From the NCBI RefSeq assembly GCF_009914755.1, contig NC_060925.1: 64,000 nt of DNA; one strand, given 5' to 3'. This DNA is from the human T2T-CHM13v2.0 reference genome, Homo sapiens. Every line of letters begins with the position of its first letter. Position 1 is the first letter of the stretch. Both the position numbers and the translations under genes were made by a program. Of the stretch, positions 14,895-27,763 are shown piece after piece. The notes beneath the pieces were generated by a model. That model ran no database searches and had not been told where the DNA came from. It saw only the letters and a program-made list of their open reading frames with translations.

Positions 14895-15302
14895 GTAAAT
14901 GTGTTTCAGGAGGTAGGATTTGCTTGAGCAGTCCTTGGCATCTGATTGTGCTGAAGCTTTGCTTTTACAGTCTTACGTGGTCATTAAAGTAGCAGAGGGG
15001 AGATTAGCAAGTAATGGCATTTCTTATAGCTTTACTTAAATTCAGAAGTTATTTTCCGTCAAGTATTTATGGCAGGAAGTAATTAGGCTTCACGTGGTTT
15101 TGGGAATTTGTAACTCTTCTTCCTTACCAGAAACATTATTATCACAATTAATTATGTAAAACCAAATCAATTTAGTATGGGAAATATTAGATGTAAAAAT
15201 ATAGACCCCCCTGAAAGTTCTGCTGAGATTAAGGGGTATGGCTTCTTGCTATAGTGCCACCTGTTGACATGAGGAAATCCAATGAAACAGGTTAACTATG
15301 AA

Positions 15303-15493
15303 AAACACAAAAACTAGCCGGCATGGTGGTGCTTGCTTGTAATCCCAGCTACTCAGGAGGCTGAGGCAAGAGAATCACTTGCACCTGGGAGCCAGAGGTG
15401 GCAGTGAGCCAAGATTGTGCCACTGCATGCCAGCCTGGACAATAGAGTGAATGAGACTCTATCTCTAGATAAATAAATAAATAAATAAATAAG
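15303..15493 (+). mobile_element. Alu right arm only, (TAAA)n tail
   Basis: aaactagccggcatggtggtgc...gactctatctc followed by (taaa)n. Confidence 0.85.
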
Positions 15494-15974
15494 AAAAATG
15501 ACTCCTTGGAGAGTTTTACACTGGAATTTCTATTTAATTTAAATGAATCATAATGATTTACTTTCAATATTCTATATTTGTATTCAGTATTCAGTATTAA
15601 AAGATTGAAGAGATGGAAATCGTTGAAAAACTTCAAGCACGGTTACTAACACAGAAAATAAAATTGGTCTTTATACTTGACCATTTAGGCAGACTCTTTG
15701 GTACTTTGATCAAATTAAAGATGCCTTAGCAAGACACAATGTAAATGTATTGAATTTGTTATTGGTACTGTGCTCAATTTCACAAGCACCTTTGCACTCA
15801 CTACCTGGGTTCAGCTTCTCCTTCTGAAGGTTCTCCTTTATGAAGGAAAAGGGAGCTTGGGTCAGCAACGTCAGGGAGTGGAAGGAAAAAGAGGGTACCC
15901 CAAACAAAAGGCACCACAGGGAAGAGCACAGGGTTCTTTGGAGAAAGAAAGCTGGCACCCCAAATTGTCTACAT

Positions 15975-16487
15975 CAGCAGTCCCCAACCTTTATGGCACC
16001 AGAGACCAGTTTCATGGAAGACAGTTTTTCCATGGACCAGTGGGGTAGGGATGGTTTCAGGATGATCCAAGCGCATTACATTTGTTGTGCACTTTATTAT
16101 TATTACATTGTAATTCATAATGAAATAATTCTACAACTCACCATAATGTAGAATCAGTGGGAGCCCTGAGCTTGTTTTCCTACAACTAGATGGTCCCATC
16201 TGGGAGTGATGGGAGACAGCAACAGATCATCAGATCCTAGATTCTCATAAGGAGCAACCTAGATCCCTTGTATGTGCAGTTCACAATGGGGTTCATGCTC
16301 CTATGAGAATCTAATGCTTCTGCTGAACTGACACAGGGCGGAGCTCAGGTGGTAATGTGAGCAATGGGCACTGGCTGTAAATGCAAAAGAAGCTTCACTC
16401 GCCCACCTGCTGCTCACTTCCTGCTGTGCAGCCTGGTTCCTAACAGGCCACGGTATCAGTCCATGGCCTGGGGTTCAGGGACCCCTG
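15975..16487. mobile_element. MER1A-like hAT-Charlie DNA transposon
   Basis: Termini cagcagtccccaacc / gggttcagggacccctg. 8-bp TSD gtctacat / gtctagat. Confidence 0.85.
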
Positions 16488-16689
16488 GTCTAGATCATCA
16501 AGCATGTTTAGGTATACTAGGATGTAGTGTTGGAAAAAATTAGAGATGTTATTTGGAAATCAGATTAATGAGTTTGTTGTTTAATTATGCGCTGTCACTT
16601 TTGTGATAAGAATGTTAGCTTCCTCTTAAGCGGGTATAATTTGTAACCTTTGGGATTCTGTAACCTCTTGGGAGAATCTTCTATTTTAA

Positions 16690-16853
16690 TGGTCCCCAAA
16701 CTTCAGTAAAGGCTAGCTGAAACACAGACTGCTGGACTCCACTCTTCAGAATTTCTGATTCCATAGTCTGGGGTGGGCCAATAATTTACATTTCTACAAA
16801 TTCCCAGGGGATGCAGATGCTGCCAGTCCAGGCCACACACTTTGAGAACTGCT
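16690..16853. mobile_element. MER5A-like hAT fossil
   Basis: cagaatttctgattc...catttctacaaattcccaggggatgcagatgctgc...cacactttgagaactgctg. Confidence 0.7.
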
Positions 16854-17297
16854 GATCTGCTACAGAACAGTTAGTTTATACACAGGAAAGCTGTAGATAA
16901 TGGAGCCTGATGCATGTATTTAGGTGAAGTGAGGAAAAGAGCACATTTGGTGACATATTTAGTGATTTTGTGCCTATGGTTGTGCGTTTTTGTGTTTTGA
17001 TGACTGTTTCTACAATAGTGTCTATTATTGAAGCTGATGAAGAACAGCTTCCCGAAGCATAGGAAACAGCAGATGGCTAGCTTGCTGGTTCATCTGCAGG
17101 GAACCTGAAGTTGTAGGGCCCTAGACTCTTGCTCCATGGAGCCCTCCTGGATGAATCATTTGCAGAAATGAAAAGGGCTGCATGTGTTTTGATTTAAAAT
17201 ATGTATTTATTATATTTTAGCTTTATTTTACAATCTTGTTTAAATGACTTTTGCTGTAAAATGATACTACAGTGTATGTACTTATACCTTTATTTAG

Positions 17298-18077
17298 GGT
17301 CCTGTGAAGAGCCAAAACTTTCCCCTGATGGATTAGAACACAGAAAACCAAAACAAATAAAATTGCCTAGTCAGGCCTACATTGATCTACCTCTTGGGAA
17401 AGATGCTCAGAGAGAGAATCCTGCAGAAGCTGAAAGCTGGGAGGAGGCAGCCTCTGCGAATGCTGCCACAGTCTCCATTGAGATGACTCCTACGAATAGT
17501 CTGAGTAGATCCCCCCAGAGAAAGAAAACGGAGTCAGCTCTGTATGGGTGCACCGTCCTTCTGGCATCGGTGGCTCTGGGACTGGACCTCAGAGAGCTTC
17601 ATAAAGCACAGGCTGCTGAAGAACCGTTGCCCAAGGAAGAGAAGAAGAAACGAGAGGGAATCTTCCAGCGGGCTTCCAAGTCCCGCAGAAGCGCCAGTCC
17701 TCCCACAAGCCTGCCATCCACCTGTGGGGAGGCCAGCAGCCCACCCTCCCTGCCACTGTCAAGTGCCCTGGGCATCCTCTCCACACCTTCTTTCTCCACA
17801 AAGTGCCTGCTGCAGATGGACAGTGAAGATCCACTGGTGGACAGTGCACCTGTCACTTGTGACTCTGAGATGCTCACTCCGGATTTTTGTCCCACTGCCC
17901 CAGGAAGTGGTCGTGAGCCAGCCCTCATGCCAAGACTTGACACTGATTGTAGTGTATCAAGAAACTTGCCATCTTCCTTCCTACAGCAGACATGTGGGAA
18001 TGTACCTTACTGTGCTTCTTCAAAACATAGACCGTCACATCACAGACGGACCATGTCTGATGGAAATCCGACCCCAA
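17298..18077 (+). CDS. MAP3K21: MAP3K21 large penultimate coding exon (probably exon 9)
   Basis: Acceptor cctttatttag|GG and donor CAA|gtaggt. Lies within ORF 17201..18091 and encodes (G)SCEEPKLSP...LYGCTVLLASVALGLDL...HRRTMSDGNPTP. 780 nt. Confidence 0.95.
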
Positions 18078-18503
18078 GTAGGTTGCATTAATTAGGTAAA
18101 AGCATAAAACACTGCTGTAGAGATTAGTATGTGAAACAGTATGGATTTATGATTTTATCTTTTCCTGGTGATGACATTTAATAATTTGTTTTTACTGTTC
18201 ATGTAGATCTTTGAACCTTACCCTTCTCTTATTTGATTTTAACTATGATTTGGATTCTGGGAAAAGTGTAATTGAATTTCAGTAACTGAAACCTATAATA
18301 GCATATCAAAGCAGAAAGAACACATGGAGAATAACCACCCAGCCCCCTCACGTTACGGGAAAGACAAGCCAGCTGCCCCAGTTAGAACCACGGATGAGTG
18401 GGAGGGCTGGAACTGAAACTGGCCTCTCGCCTCCCTGCGGGCCTTGTCTCCTCCACTGCTGTACATGTCATTGTTCTGTTTCTGTTGGGACTGTGTGTAG
18501 CAG

Positions 18504-18901
18504 GTGATCAGCCTGCTAGGGCTGCCATAACAGAGTGCCACAGCATGGAGAGATGTTCAGCACAAACTCATTGTCCAGCAGTTCCAGAGGCTGGAAGTCA
18601 GATCAAGGTGTCTGAAGGGTTGGTTCCTTCTGAGCTCAGCCTGGCTCCTTGACTTCTAGACGGCCGTTTTCTCCCTGTGTTCTCACACAGTCTTCACTCT
18701 GAGTGCATCTGTGTCCTAATCATCTGTGTCCTAATCTCTTTTTAGGACATCAGTCACATTGGATTAGGGCCCACCCTAATGACCTCATTTTACCTTAATC
18801 ACCTCTGTACAGACCCTATTCCACATACAGTGACATCTGAGGGACAGAGGGTTAGGGCTTCTGCTTAGGAATTTTGTGGGGACACAGTTCACCCCATGAC
18901 A
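18504..18901 (-). mobile_element. MLT1-type MaLR solo LTR
   Basis: gctagggctgccataaca...gaggctggaagtcagatcaaggtg...ggattagggcccaccctaatgacctcatttt. Confidence 0.8.
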
Positions 18902-19499
18902 GCAAGTATTACCCTGTTGATGTATGTTATACCAGACAGTTCCATGAGGTTTATGTCCAGATGTGGAATCTCTGAAAGAAAAGAAAATCAAATTTTTAAA
19001 TAGTTTTTTAGTCTATTCAACAAGAGGGGCTTGGGCAGAAGGCAACCAGTGGTATTTCCACAGCACTTTATAGATGTTAAAGCACTTGGACATAAATTGT
19101 CTCTTAGTTTTTATGGCAACTCTATTATATGCAAGAGAATTCAAACTTACGGAAAATTAATGTTATTCAAGGTCACACAATTAGGAAGTAGTGGTGTCAG
19201 AATTTAAACCCGGGATCCTTCTGCTGTATCACAGTGTCTCACTCCTCCTCACTGCGGTATTTTTTCCATTCCTAAAATTCAGTGAGTATTGATGTGACTG
19301 GATCATGCTATCATGTGCTAGAATGTACTCAGCTTTGAGATTTCTGGGGTTAAGTGGCACTGAAATACTGACATTTGAGGAGATAATATGGGTACTTTGG
19401 AAGAATGGGGGATTTTGAGTCATAGAACAAAGGTTCAAGTTCTAGTTGTACTATTTGGTAAGTTTGTGATGCTGGGGAAATTACGTAGACTGCTTTCTT

Positions 19500-19750
19500 G
19501 TTTGAATGTCTTAAAAAGCATTGTAGTGTCATGGTTAATAGTATGGAAGCTAGCTGGGCTCATATCTCTGCTTATATGCTGAGTGAATTTGGGCGAATCA
19601 CTTAAACATTTTGTGCCTCAGTTTCTTCATCTATAAAATGGGGACAGTAACAATATACATACCTAATACTATACTTACCTAATCTGTACAATTGAGATCG
19701 TGGTAAAAGTCAGATGGCACACTAAGTGCTCTGTAGAGCTTGAGTATTAT
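19500..19750 (+). mobile_element. MIR SINE fragment
   Basis: MIR core ttgggcgaatcacttaaac...gcctcagtttcttcatctataaaatggg. Confidence 0.65.
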
Positions 19751-20420
19751 TTATTTTGTATGTGAACATAATTGCAATAACCTTATATACCTGTCATGAA
19801 TATTAAGTGAGGTAATATATACAAAAAATGCTTTCTAAATTGTAAAATGCTATGCTAGCATTGGTTATAAAGCTATATTAAGACAAACTGCTTTCATCCT
19901 TTTTATCTTTTCCTTTACTTCTTTTTAAATATTATATCTGGATATGATATTTTCTATATTATTGTTCATTGCCTTTAGATAAATTGGTTTATTATCTTTC
20001 TGTAGGTCAATAAGTATTGGTAATTTATAATTGCACAAGGAGAAATTCTAGCACAGTAATCCCATATGAAAGCATATTTTTCTCTAACTTATAAGCCAAT
20101 AATTATTTGCTAAAGTGGTAATAACATTATTCAGTTCTTCAGTACAAACAAGAAAAGAGGTGACGTGTAAAAGTCTAACTGCTTTTCCATTTTCATCAGT
20201 TTTGTCAAATCATAATCTACAGTGAAGTTTAATCATGTTGACCATCATTTTTAAACCTCTTAAATTTATTCCAGTCTAGTCCATTTTGAAAGCTACCGTT
20301 ATAATATCATTATAATGACTCATAATTTTTATTGGCCTAAGCACTGTGAGGATTATTTAGCTCTGTTTACAAATATAATTTCCATAGGTTGAAGTACTCT
20401 TTGCAAACTTGCAGGACTTC

Positions 20421-20538
20421 AGCCAGGTGTGGTGGCACATGCCTGTGGTCCCAGCTACTCTAGAGGCTAAGGCAGAGTTCCTTGGTCCTTAAGGCCAAGA
20501 GTTCGAGGCTGCAGTGTGCTATGATCATGCCTGTGAAT
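20421..20538 (+). mobile_element. Alu monomer (FLAM/FAM-like)
   Basis: agccaggtgtggtggcacatgcctgtggtcccagctactc...gagttcgaggctgcagtgtgctatgatc. Confidence 0.75.
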
Positions 20539-20671
20539 GCATGTTTTTTGTTGAAGCTCATTTTAAAGCTATCACTTTGTTGAATTGCCATCATAATTAT
20601 TTTTCTTGATATTCATTGTTTTAGAACTCATTTTCTTTCTAACTGCATACTGTTTTGGCTTTCTCAACCAG

Positions 20672-21078
20672 CTGGTGCAACTATTATCTCAGCCACTGGA
20701 GCCTCTGCACTGCCACTCTGCCCCTCACCTGCTCCTCACAGTCATCTGCCAAGGGAGGTCTCACCCAAGAAGCACAGCACTGTCCACATCGTGCCTCAGC
20801 GTCGCCCTGCCTCCCTGAGAAGCCGCTCAGATCTGCCTCAGGCTTACCCACAGACAGCAGTGTCTCAGCTGGCACAGACTGCCTGTGTAGTGGGTCGCCC
20901 AGGACCACATCCCACCCAATTCCTCGCTGCCAAGGAGAGAACTAAATCCCATGTGCCTTCATTACTGGATGCTGACGTGGAAGGTCAGAGCAGGGACTAC
21001 ACTGTGCCACTGTGCAGAATGAGGAGCAAAACCAGCCGGCCATCTATATATGAACTGGAGAAAGAATTCCTGTCTTAA
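20672..21078 (+). CDS. MAP3K21: MAP3K21 terminal exon, coding part
   Basis: Acceptor tttctcaaccag|CT. Encodes (T)GATIISATGASALPLCP...LLDADVEGQSRDYTVPLCRMRSKTSRPSIYELEKEFLS*, TAA at 21076-21078. Contains the MLK-type C-terminal LLDxDxEGQxxDxTVPLC motif. Confidence 0.96.
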
Positions 21079-23615
21079 ACTAAGTGCCTTACTGTTGTTT
21101 AAGCATTTTTTTAAGGTGAACAAATGAACACAATGTATCTACCTTTGAACTGTTTCATGCTGCTGTGTTTTCAAAAGCTGTGGCCATGTTCCTAAATTAG
21201 TAAGATATATCCAGCTTCTCAAAAAATGTATATGATTGCTGTTAGCCATGTCTATTGTTTTTCCTCTGGATTCTTTTCTTATAACTTGGAATACACAAAA
21301 GTGTAAAACAAGAGATGTGCACCAATGAAAACTATGCTGGGTCGAATTACCTTCAGCACAATGTTAATGTTTTTGTTCTCATTTATGCCTTTGTCCATTT
21401 GCACACAACAGAAATTGTAATGAGCTTCACTATTTTTGTTTCTTTCCTTCCTTTTTTTTCTTTTTTCCTTTCTTTCCTTTTTCTTGTCTTGTTTCTTGTT
21501 TTTTTTTCTTGTAGTTTCTTTTCTTAATTGTCATTTTTGCAACAAAAAGCCAAGAAAGAGCTTTAGTTTCTTGGCAAGAATAATGTGATATTAGTAAGTA
21601 AAGGTCTTAAAAGTCTGACGACTGGAATAGATATAAAGTCCTGTTTAAACTACCTAACCTTGGCTGTGGGCCGATAATGCATATGTCCAGTTCTCACTTA
21701 AATTATGCAATGATATTTCTCTCTGAGGAAATTATACGGAATGTAACTTATAAAAGCTTTACTGAATATAAGTTATAAGCATTTTATTCATTAGAACTCC
21801 AAAATAGATGTTCAAAGTTCAGTCCTTGCCATTTGACTGAGACCACATGGTGTGCCCCTTGAGTGAGGCTAATCTTTAGGTTTTTCCTATAGAAAACATT
21901 CTTCCTCCATCAGTAGCCCTTTATTTGATATTCAGAAGTGGAAAGCTTTTTCATTCTCCAGTAGAACTTTTAAAAATTGTTACAGATACCTAGCTCTTCA
22001 CAGATATCATGTACTGTAAACAGTCATGTGTCTTAATTTTATTTTCTCTATTTGAGTGCATAATTATCCTAATAATCCCAAAGACACTGACAACTCAAGG
22101 AACAGCAGTACAGTACTATTAGAAGTTAAGTATGTTGTTGTTATTTCACATTTCATTTAATTGTGGATAAATGTTAGACATCTGTTGAAATAAGCTCATA
22201 TGGTGGAAACGACAACTATATTATGAATTATTTTCAGAAATGGATCTTTGAATAGCAGATCAGGATTTAAATAATAAAATTATCTATGAATCACTTTTAT
22301 GGTCATACATATATGATACAAATCCAGAGTTATTGGTGCAGAAATGGCTACCCGAGAGCTTGGTAAATTTGCCTTGGTTTCTTATGTTAAATGTATTGTG
22401 CTTCCCTTCTGTCTCTAGAATGTGGCTCTTCAGAAGACAGACAATCGACATTTAAATTTTTCCAAACAATGAAAAACTAAATTAAAAACATTGCTTGATA
22501 TTTCATTTAAAATTGCACCTTGCTTAAGGTTTACTGAATAACTGAAATGTCAGCAATTTAAAATAAATTCAATTGTGTGATAAAATATCTCACCTATAAT
22601 AGAAGAAAAGGAAAATCATATTATTTGGCAATTTTGCAGCATTGTGGTTGCCTAACAGGTATATCCAGCAGATGAGAAACAGTATGAAAGGATTGTATTA
22701 ACATGGTAAGTTTTGCCCTAAGGAAAACGATCTTGCATTCTGGATTCTTGCAGCAAAGTCTCAGATACTTAATACGTTTTCTTGTTTTATCATCTGTTCT
22801 ATGATTCGGCTTCACTTTGTGTGGTTATTGAATTATGTAACAGAGATTTGGTTTTCCCAAAATGTTATCACATTTGAAACTATGATTGCTTTGTGTTCAG
22901 TCCTTTTGGAACACGTAGCTTCCAGCTTAAGGGTAGAGAAATATATACCTAAAATCATCAATACATGAAAGAAAAAGGATGGAAACTATGTCCTCAGTTT
23001 TACTTCTACCAAAACATCCCTGTATGTGTGTGCATGTATGTTGGCGTGTGTGTGTGTGCATGCATATTAGTAAATGTGTGTTTGCATGTGTGTGTTGGGG
23101 AGTGTATGTGATCTGGGTGTTTGTTTATCTCTGTTATTATTCCCCTTTAGCTTTATTTTAGTCAACTCTACATTATGATGAATTTCAAAATGAAGCTGTA
23201 TTAAAATAATTGTAATATAACAATTCAATCTCACATGTTACTGCAGATAGTTAACTTTTGCTGCAATCTATTGTACATTTGCAATTTTCTGTGTTAGTAA
23301 ACTTAGCAGAATCTGGTTATTTATTTTTGTGTAGGCTTAATGTTCACTGAAAGATAAGTCAATTACTGTTAGTAAAAAATTAAGGTACTCTCACTGCAGA
23401 GATTTAAGGCCTGGGCCTAATGTGCTGTATTATGAAGCCTTGTGACTGAAAAATATGTTTACATATGTTGTCTATTTTTTTAATAAACTTTTATAGCTGG
23501 TCTATTTGCTCAGTAGCTTTGATCCTCTCTTGATTATTGTGACTATAGTTTGCAATGGTTTATTTTGTATTCAATAAGAAAAATTGTGTTAATAAAGATT
23601 ATTGTTTAATAAGCC
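21079..23615 (+). other. MAP3K21: MAP3K21 3' UTR (~2.4-2.5 kb; exact end uncertain)
   Basis: AT-rich sequence with no recognised interspersed repeat after the stop. AATAAA at 22273, 22562, 23482 and 23591. Confidence 0.75.
23482..23487 (+). terminator. Candidate main polyadenylation signal AATAAA (alternative at 23591-23596)
   Basis: AATAAA preceded by a U-run and followed by U/GU-rich sequence. Repeats resume shortly downstream. Confidence 0.6.
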
Positions 23616-24107
23616 AGGTATTAACCTGCTAAATATATTAAACTGAAAATCACTAAATGAGTCATTCAATTAAATACATCAAAAAAGGTAGAATGAAATG
23701 TTTTATTTCAAATTTTTTTGGTTTACATATGCATTGAAAAGTTATATTTCATGGTGAGCGTTTTGCAAGTCCAGCTTTTCAGAAGACACACTTTTGCAGA
23801 GTGAAATGAGTATGAGAAAAAAATCTCAGTGATTAAGGAGACATGTTGATTTTATTGTTTAATTTTATGTTTAAATCAGAGGAATTTCAAACACCACTTA
23901 ACATGTAGAAATTCTTACTAAGTGATAAAAGCTTGAGTGAATGAGGAAAGCAGATCGCAGGACTTCATGGAGATCATAGCATTACCCCACCACATGGGAG
24001 GGAGCAAAACGTAATGTGCATTGAATATCTGTTAAGTATGGGGAACCCTCCTAGGTGCCTATAGAAGACAACTCCTGTAATTCTCTTTAATAAAAATTGT
24101 GAGAGAA

Positions 24108-24443
<336 letters not shown>

Positions 24444-24690
24444 TTAGATATGAAACAGACACAGAAAGGTTTGGTAAATTTCCAAAGACCCAGTCTGAGT
24501 CAAGTGATCACCATCTACCTGTTCACACCTGTGGTTAATAGTTGTAAGCATGGTGTAGAAGATGAGGACATCTTGCAAATGAGCTTTGTAAATGTTATCT
24601 AAAGCTAAGGTAGTTTCTCTCTCATCAAAAAGTCAAAAGTCTAAAAATGTATGAGTACCATTGAAGTTAAATAAGATATAGAGATAAATA

Positions 24691-25115
24691 TTGAAATTTG
24701 AAACATTTTATTTAGGAAGCAAGAATTGCAATTCAGGACATACACAGAGACCAGGTGATCTTCAGTATGTCCAAAGAACAAAGAGACAGGAGTTTTATTA
24801 AAGAATTGTTACATATTGTTTTGAAAGAAAGCTCATTGGCACTAGAGAAGCTTTTGGACTCTGGCAAGCTCTGGTTGGTGAGTCATGGCAGGAATTAAAA
24901 CAAGTCTTAGAGTCACAAATTGTTGCTTCAGCAGCTACCAGGTAAAACTGGCCCTGGGGTGACAGCAGGCCATTTCAGCAGCTGGGCTTGGAGAAAATAC
25001 ATTCGTGGAGTAGGTGCTATGTCCCCCACGTATGTTTTCCTCTCTGGCCCCTCAGTTCTGATTTAACTGAGTATGTATGACAAGAATTGCCCAATTTGTA
25101 TTATTAACTTTCACA
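24691..25115 (-). mobile_element. Probable ERV1-class solo LTR (subfamily unsure)
   Basis: ttttatttaggaagcaagaattgcaattcagg ... ends aactttcaca. Confidence 0.5.
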
Positions 25116-25249
25116 GTACTTATTTAAAAATAAAACACTATTAGCTAATAACACTTAATACAATGGAAAATGCAATAGAAAGGAGTAAAATATGCATATC
25201 TGATAGATCAACTCAGAGAAATGAGGTATTCTGTTCAATAGGTTCATAA

Positions 25250-25594
25250 ATGCCATGGTCTGAATATGTCCCTCAAAATTCCTATGTTGAAATCGTAACC
25301 ATCAAAGTTTTGGAATTAAGAGGTGGGAGGTAATTAGATCATGAATTCTCATGAATGGGGTTAATGCTGTTTTAAAAGAGGCCTGAAGGAAGCTGTTATC
25401 CCTTTACACCATGTGAGGACACAGTGAGAAACTGCTATATATACACTAGGAAACAGGCCCACAGCAGACACAGAGTCTGCCAGCACCATCATCTTGGACT
25501 TCCCAGCCTCCAGAACTGTGAGCAACAAATGTGTGTTGTTTAGAAGCCACCTACTTTATGTTATTTTGTTATAACAGCCCAGATGGACTAAGAC
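25250..25594 (+). mobile_element. MLT1A/MST-type MaLR solo LTR
   Basis: tgccatggtctgaatatgtccc...cttggacttcccagcctccagaactgtgag...ggactaagaca. Confidence 0.82.
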
Positions 25595-25773
25595 AATAAA
25601 TATGGTGAAATTATGTAAGAACTGCAATATACACATAAAATAATTTAATTGGGCTTAAGCTGTCTCTATTCTTTACTTCTGCAAAGATCAACATGCTGAA
25701 ACATAGTGAAAGATGAAGTATTTGTGAATGAAACAATGTAATCGGTACCAGAGAGTGGAACAAAAACTAGCTA

Positions 25774-25959
<186 letters not shown>

Positions 25960-25986
25960 CTATTGTTTTTACAACCAAGCAAAATA

Positions 25987-26571
25987 TAGCAGGTCCACAC
26001 ATAACATTTTTTCATTCAATGTCATTCTGTTATAATATTAACGAGGAAAAAAATTTGATTCCCAGCCAGGGCTGCTGTCTGTGGGGTGTGCACTTTCTCC
26101 CCATGTCTGCGTGGGTTTTCTCCAGGGACTCTGGTTTCCTCCCACATCCCAAAGACATGCATGCCAGGTTAACTGGTGTGTCTCAATTGTCTGAGTGTGA
26201 GAGTGTGGGTGTGTGAGTGTGCCCTGCCATAGAATGGGGTTGATTCCCACCTTGTGCCTTGAGCTGCTGGGATGGGCTCTGGCCACCTGCGACCCTGAAC
26301 CAGAATCACTGGGTATATAATTACCTTAAATTGTTTTCATTAATCTTAGATGTATGTATAGATAACATTTATTTCAATGTTTAGTGTTAGAAGTGTTTGG
26401 GGTCTTTATTTAGCGATTTAGTGGTGTTTTCGTGACCAGAAATATGCCCTAGGAACTTAACTGCTGTTTTTATTAATTCACCTGTAGTGAAATTGGTTTT
26501 GTGTTACCTTGTTTTGCTTAAAGTCACAGTTTCCAAATACCTATAGACAATGTTAAGTGAGGACTTCCTGT
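25987..26571. mobile_element. Tigger3-like TcMar DNA transposon fossil
   Basis: agcaggtcc...gtgggttttctccagggactctggtttcctcccacatcccaaagac...gttaagtgaggacttcctgta. Confidence 0.75.
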
Positions 26572-27763
26572 AAGTAGTTTAGATTGAGGAGCTTCCACAC
26601 ACTGACAAACTCGTTTAGTGGCTACTGTGTTAGGCACCACGAAAGAGACACCAGATGTAGCGGAGAGCAAGGAAGATGAGGCTTGTCCCCTGCCTGGATG
26701 GTTTTAATGAGAAACTGTGCTCAGGGCAACTGCATGGACATCATGTGACTTGTGCAGTCACACAGAGCCTCACACTCAGATGGTCCCTGAGCCTGACTTT
26801 CATGCTCTGTGAACATCATCTTGAAATTCTTAATAATTTTTAAAGAGGGAGCCCTCATTTTTATCTTTCACAGGGCCTCACAAGCTATGCGGCCAATTCT
26901 GACAACAAGCGAAGGGAGTGTTAAAAAAAGGTGAAGTCACTGGGGCTTTGATAGCATTAAAGGAGTTCATCTAATCTTGGGTGGGTGGGAGGTGTCAGGG
27001 AAGTGTCTGAGGAAGCCAGGATGTCCACTGGATGAGGAATGCTCCATGCAGAGTTGCTAGCTTGTGAAAAGTCCTAAGTCATTTTTCTTGTGCTGCATTC
27101 CATATTTTCTCTTTGTTTTTGGCTCTTAGCATTTTTGCCATGACACATCTAGTTATGGATCTCTTTGCATATATACTTCTTGGAGTTTGTTGAATTTCTT
27201 GAATGTGTAGATCCATGTTTTCAGCACATTTGAGAAGTTTTCAGCCATTATATCTTCAAATATTTTTTTCTTCTTCTTTTCCTCTCTTCTTCTGCTACTC
27301 CCATTACACATGCTGGTGTACCTAGTGAATCCAGCATTTGTCTGTGGCTCTGCTTATTTTCATTCATTCTTTTTTTTCCAGATTATATGATCTGTATTGA
27401 TCTGTCTTCAAACTCTGATTCTTGAGTTCAAATTTAGTGTCAAAACATTAGTAAATTTTTCATTTGGGCTATTACATTTTCACCTCCATGATTTCCATAT
27501 GGTTCTTTTTTTATCTCTGTGTTGGTATTTCTCTATTTGATGAGACATTGTCACCAGACCTTCCTGTACTTCTTTAAACATGTTTTCCTCTAGTAAATTG
27601 AACAATTGATAATGGCTGCTTGGAAGTCTTTGCTATTAAATCTGAAATCTGGGCCCTCTCACAAGCTATTTGTTTGCTTTTTCTCCTGGTGTATGGGTTA
27701 TGCTTTCCTGTTTCTTTGTATGACTCACATTTTTTTGCTGAAAACTGAACAGTTTAGGTAATT

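Noticed and set aside
17201-17297. N-terminal part of the 296-aa ORF
   Set aside because: Intronic AT-rich sequence upstream of the acceptor at 17297.
17544-18095. 183-aa alternative-frame ORF overlapping the large exon
   Set aside because: The start lies deep inside the mRNA, there is no recognisable homology, and such ORFs are expected in GC-rich coding DNA.
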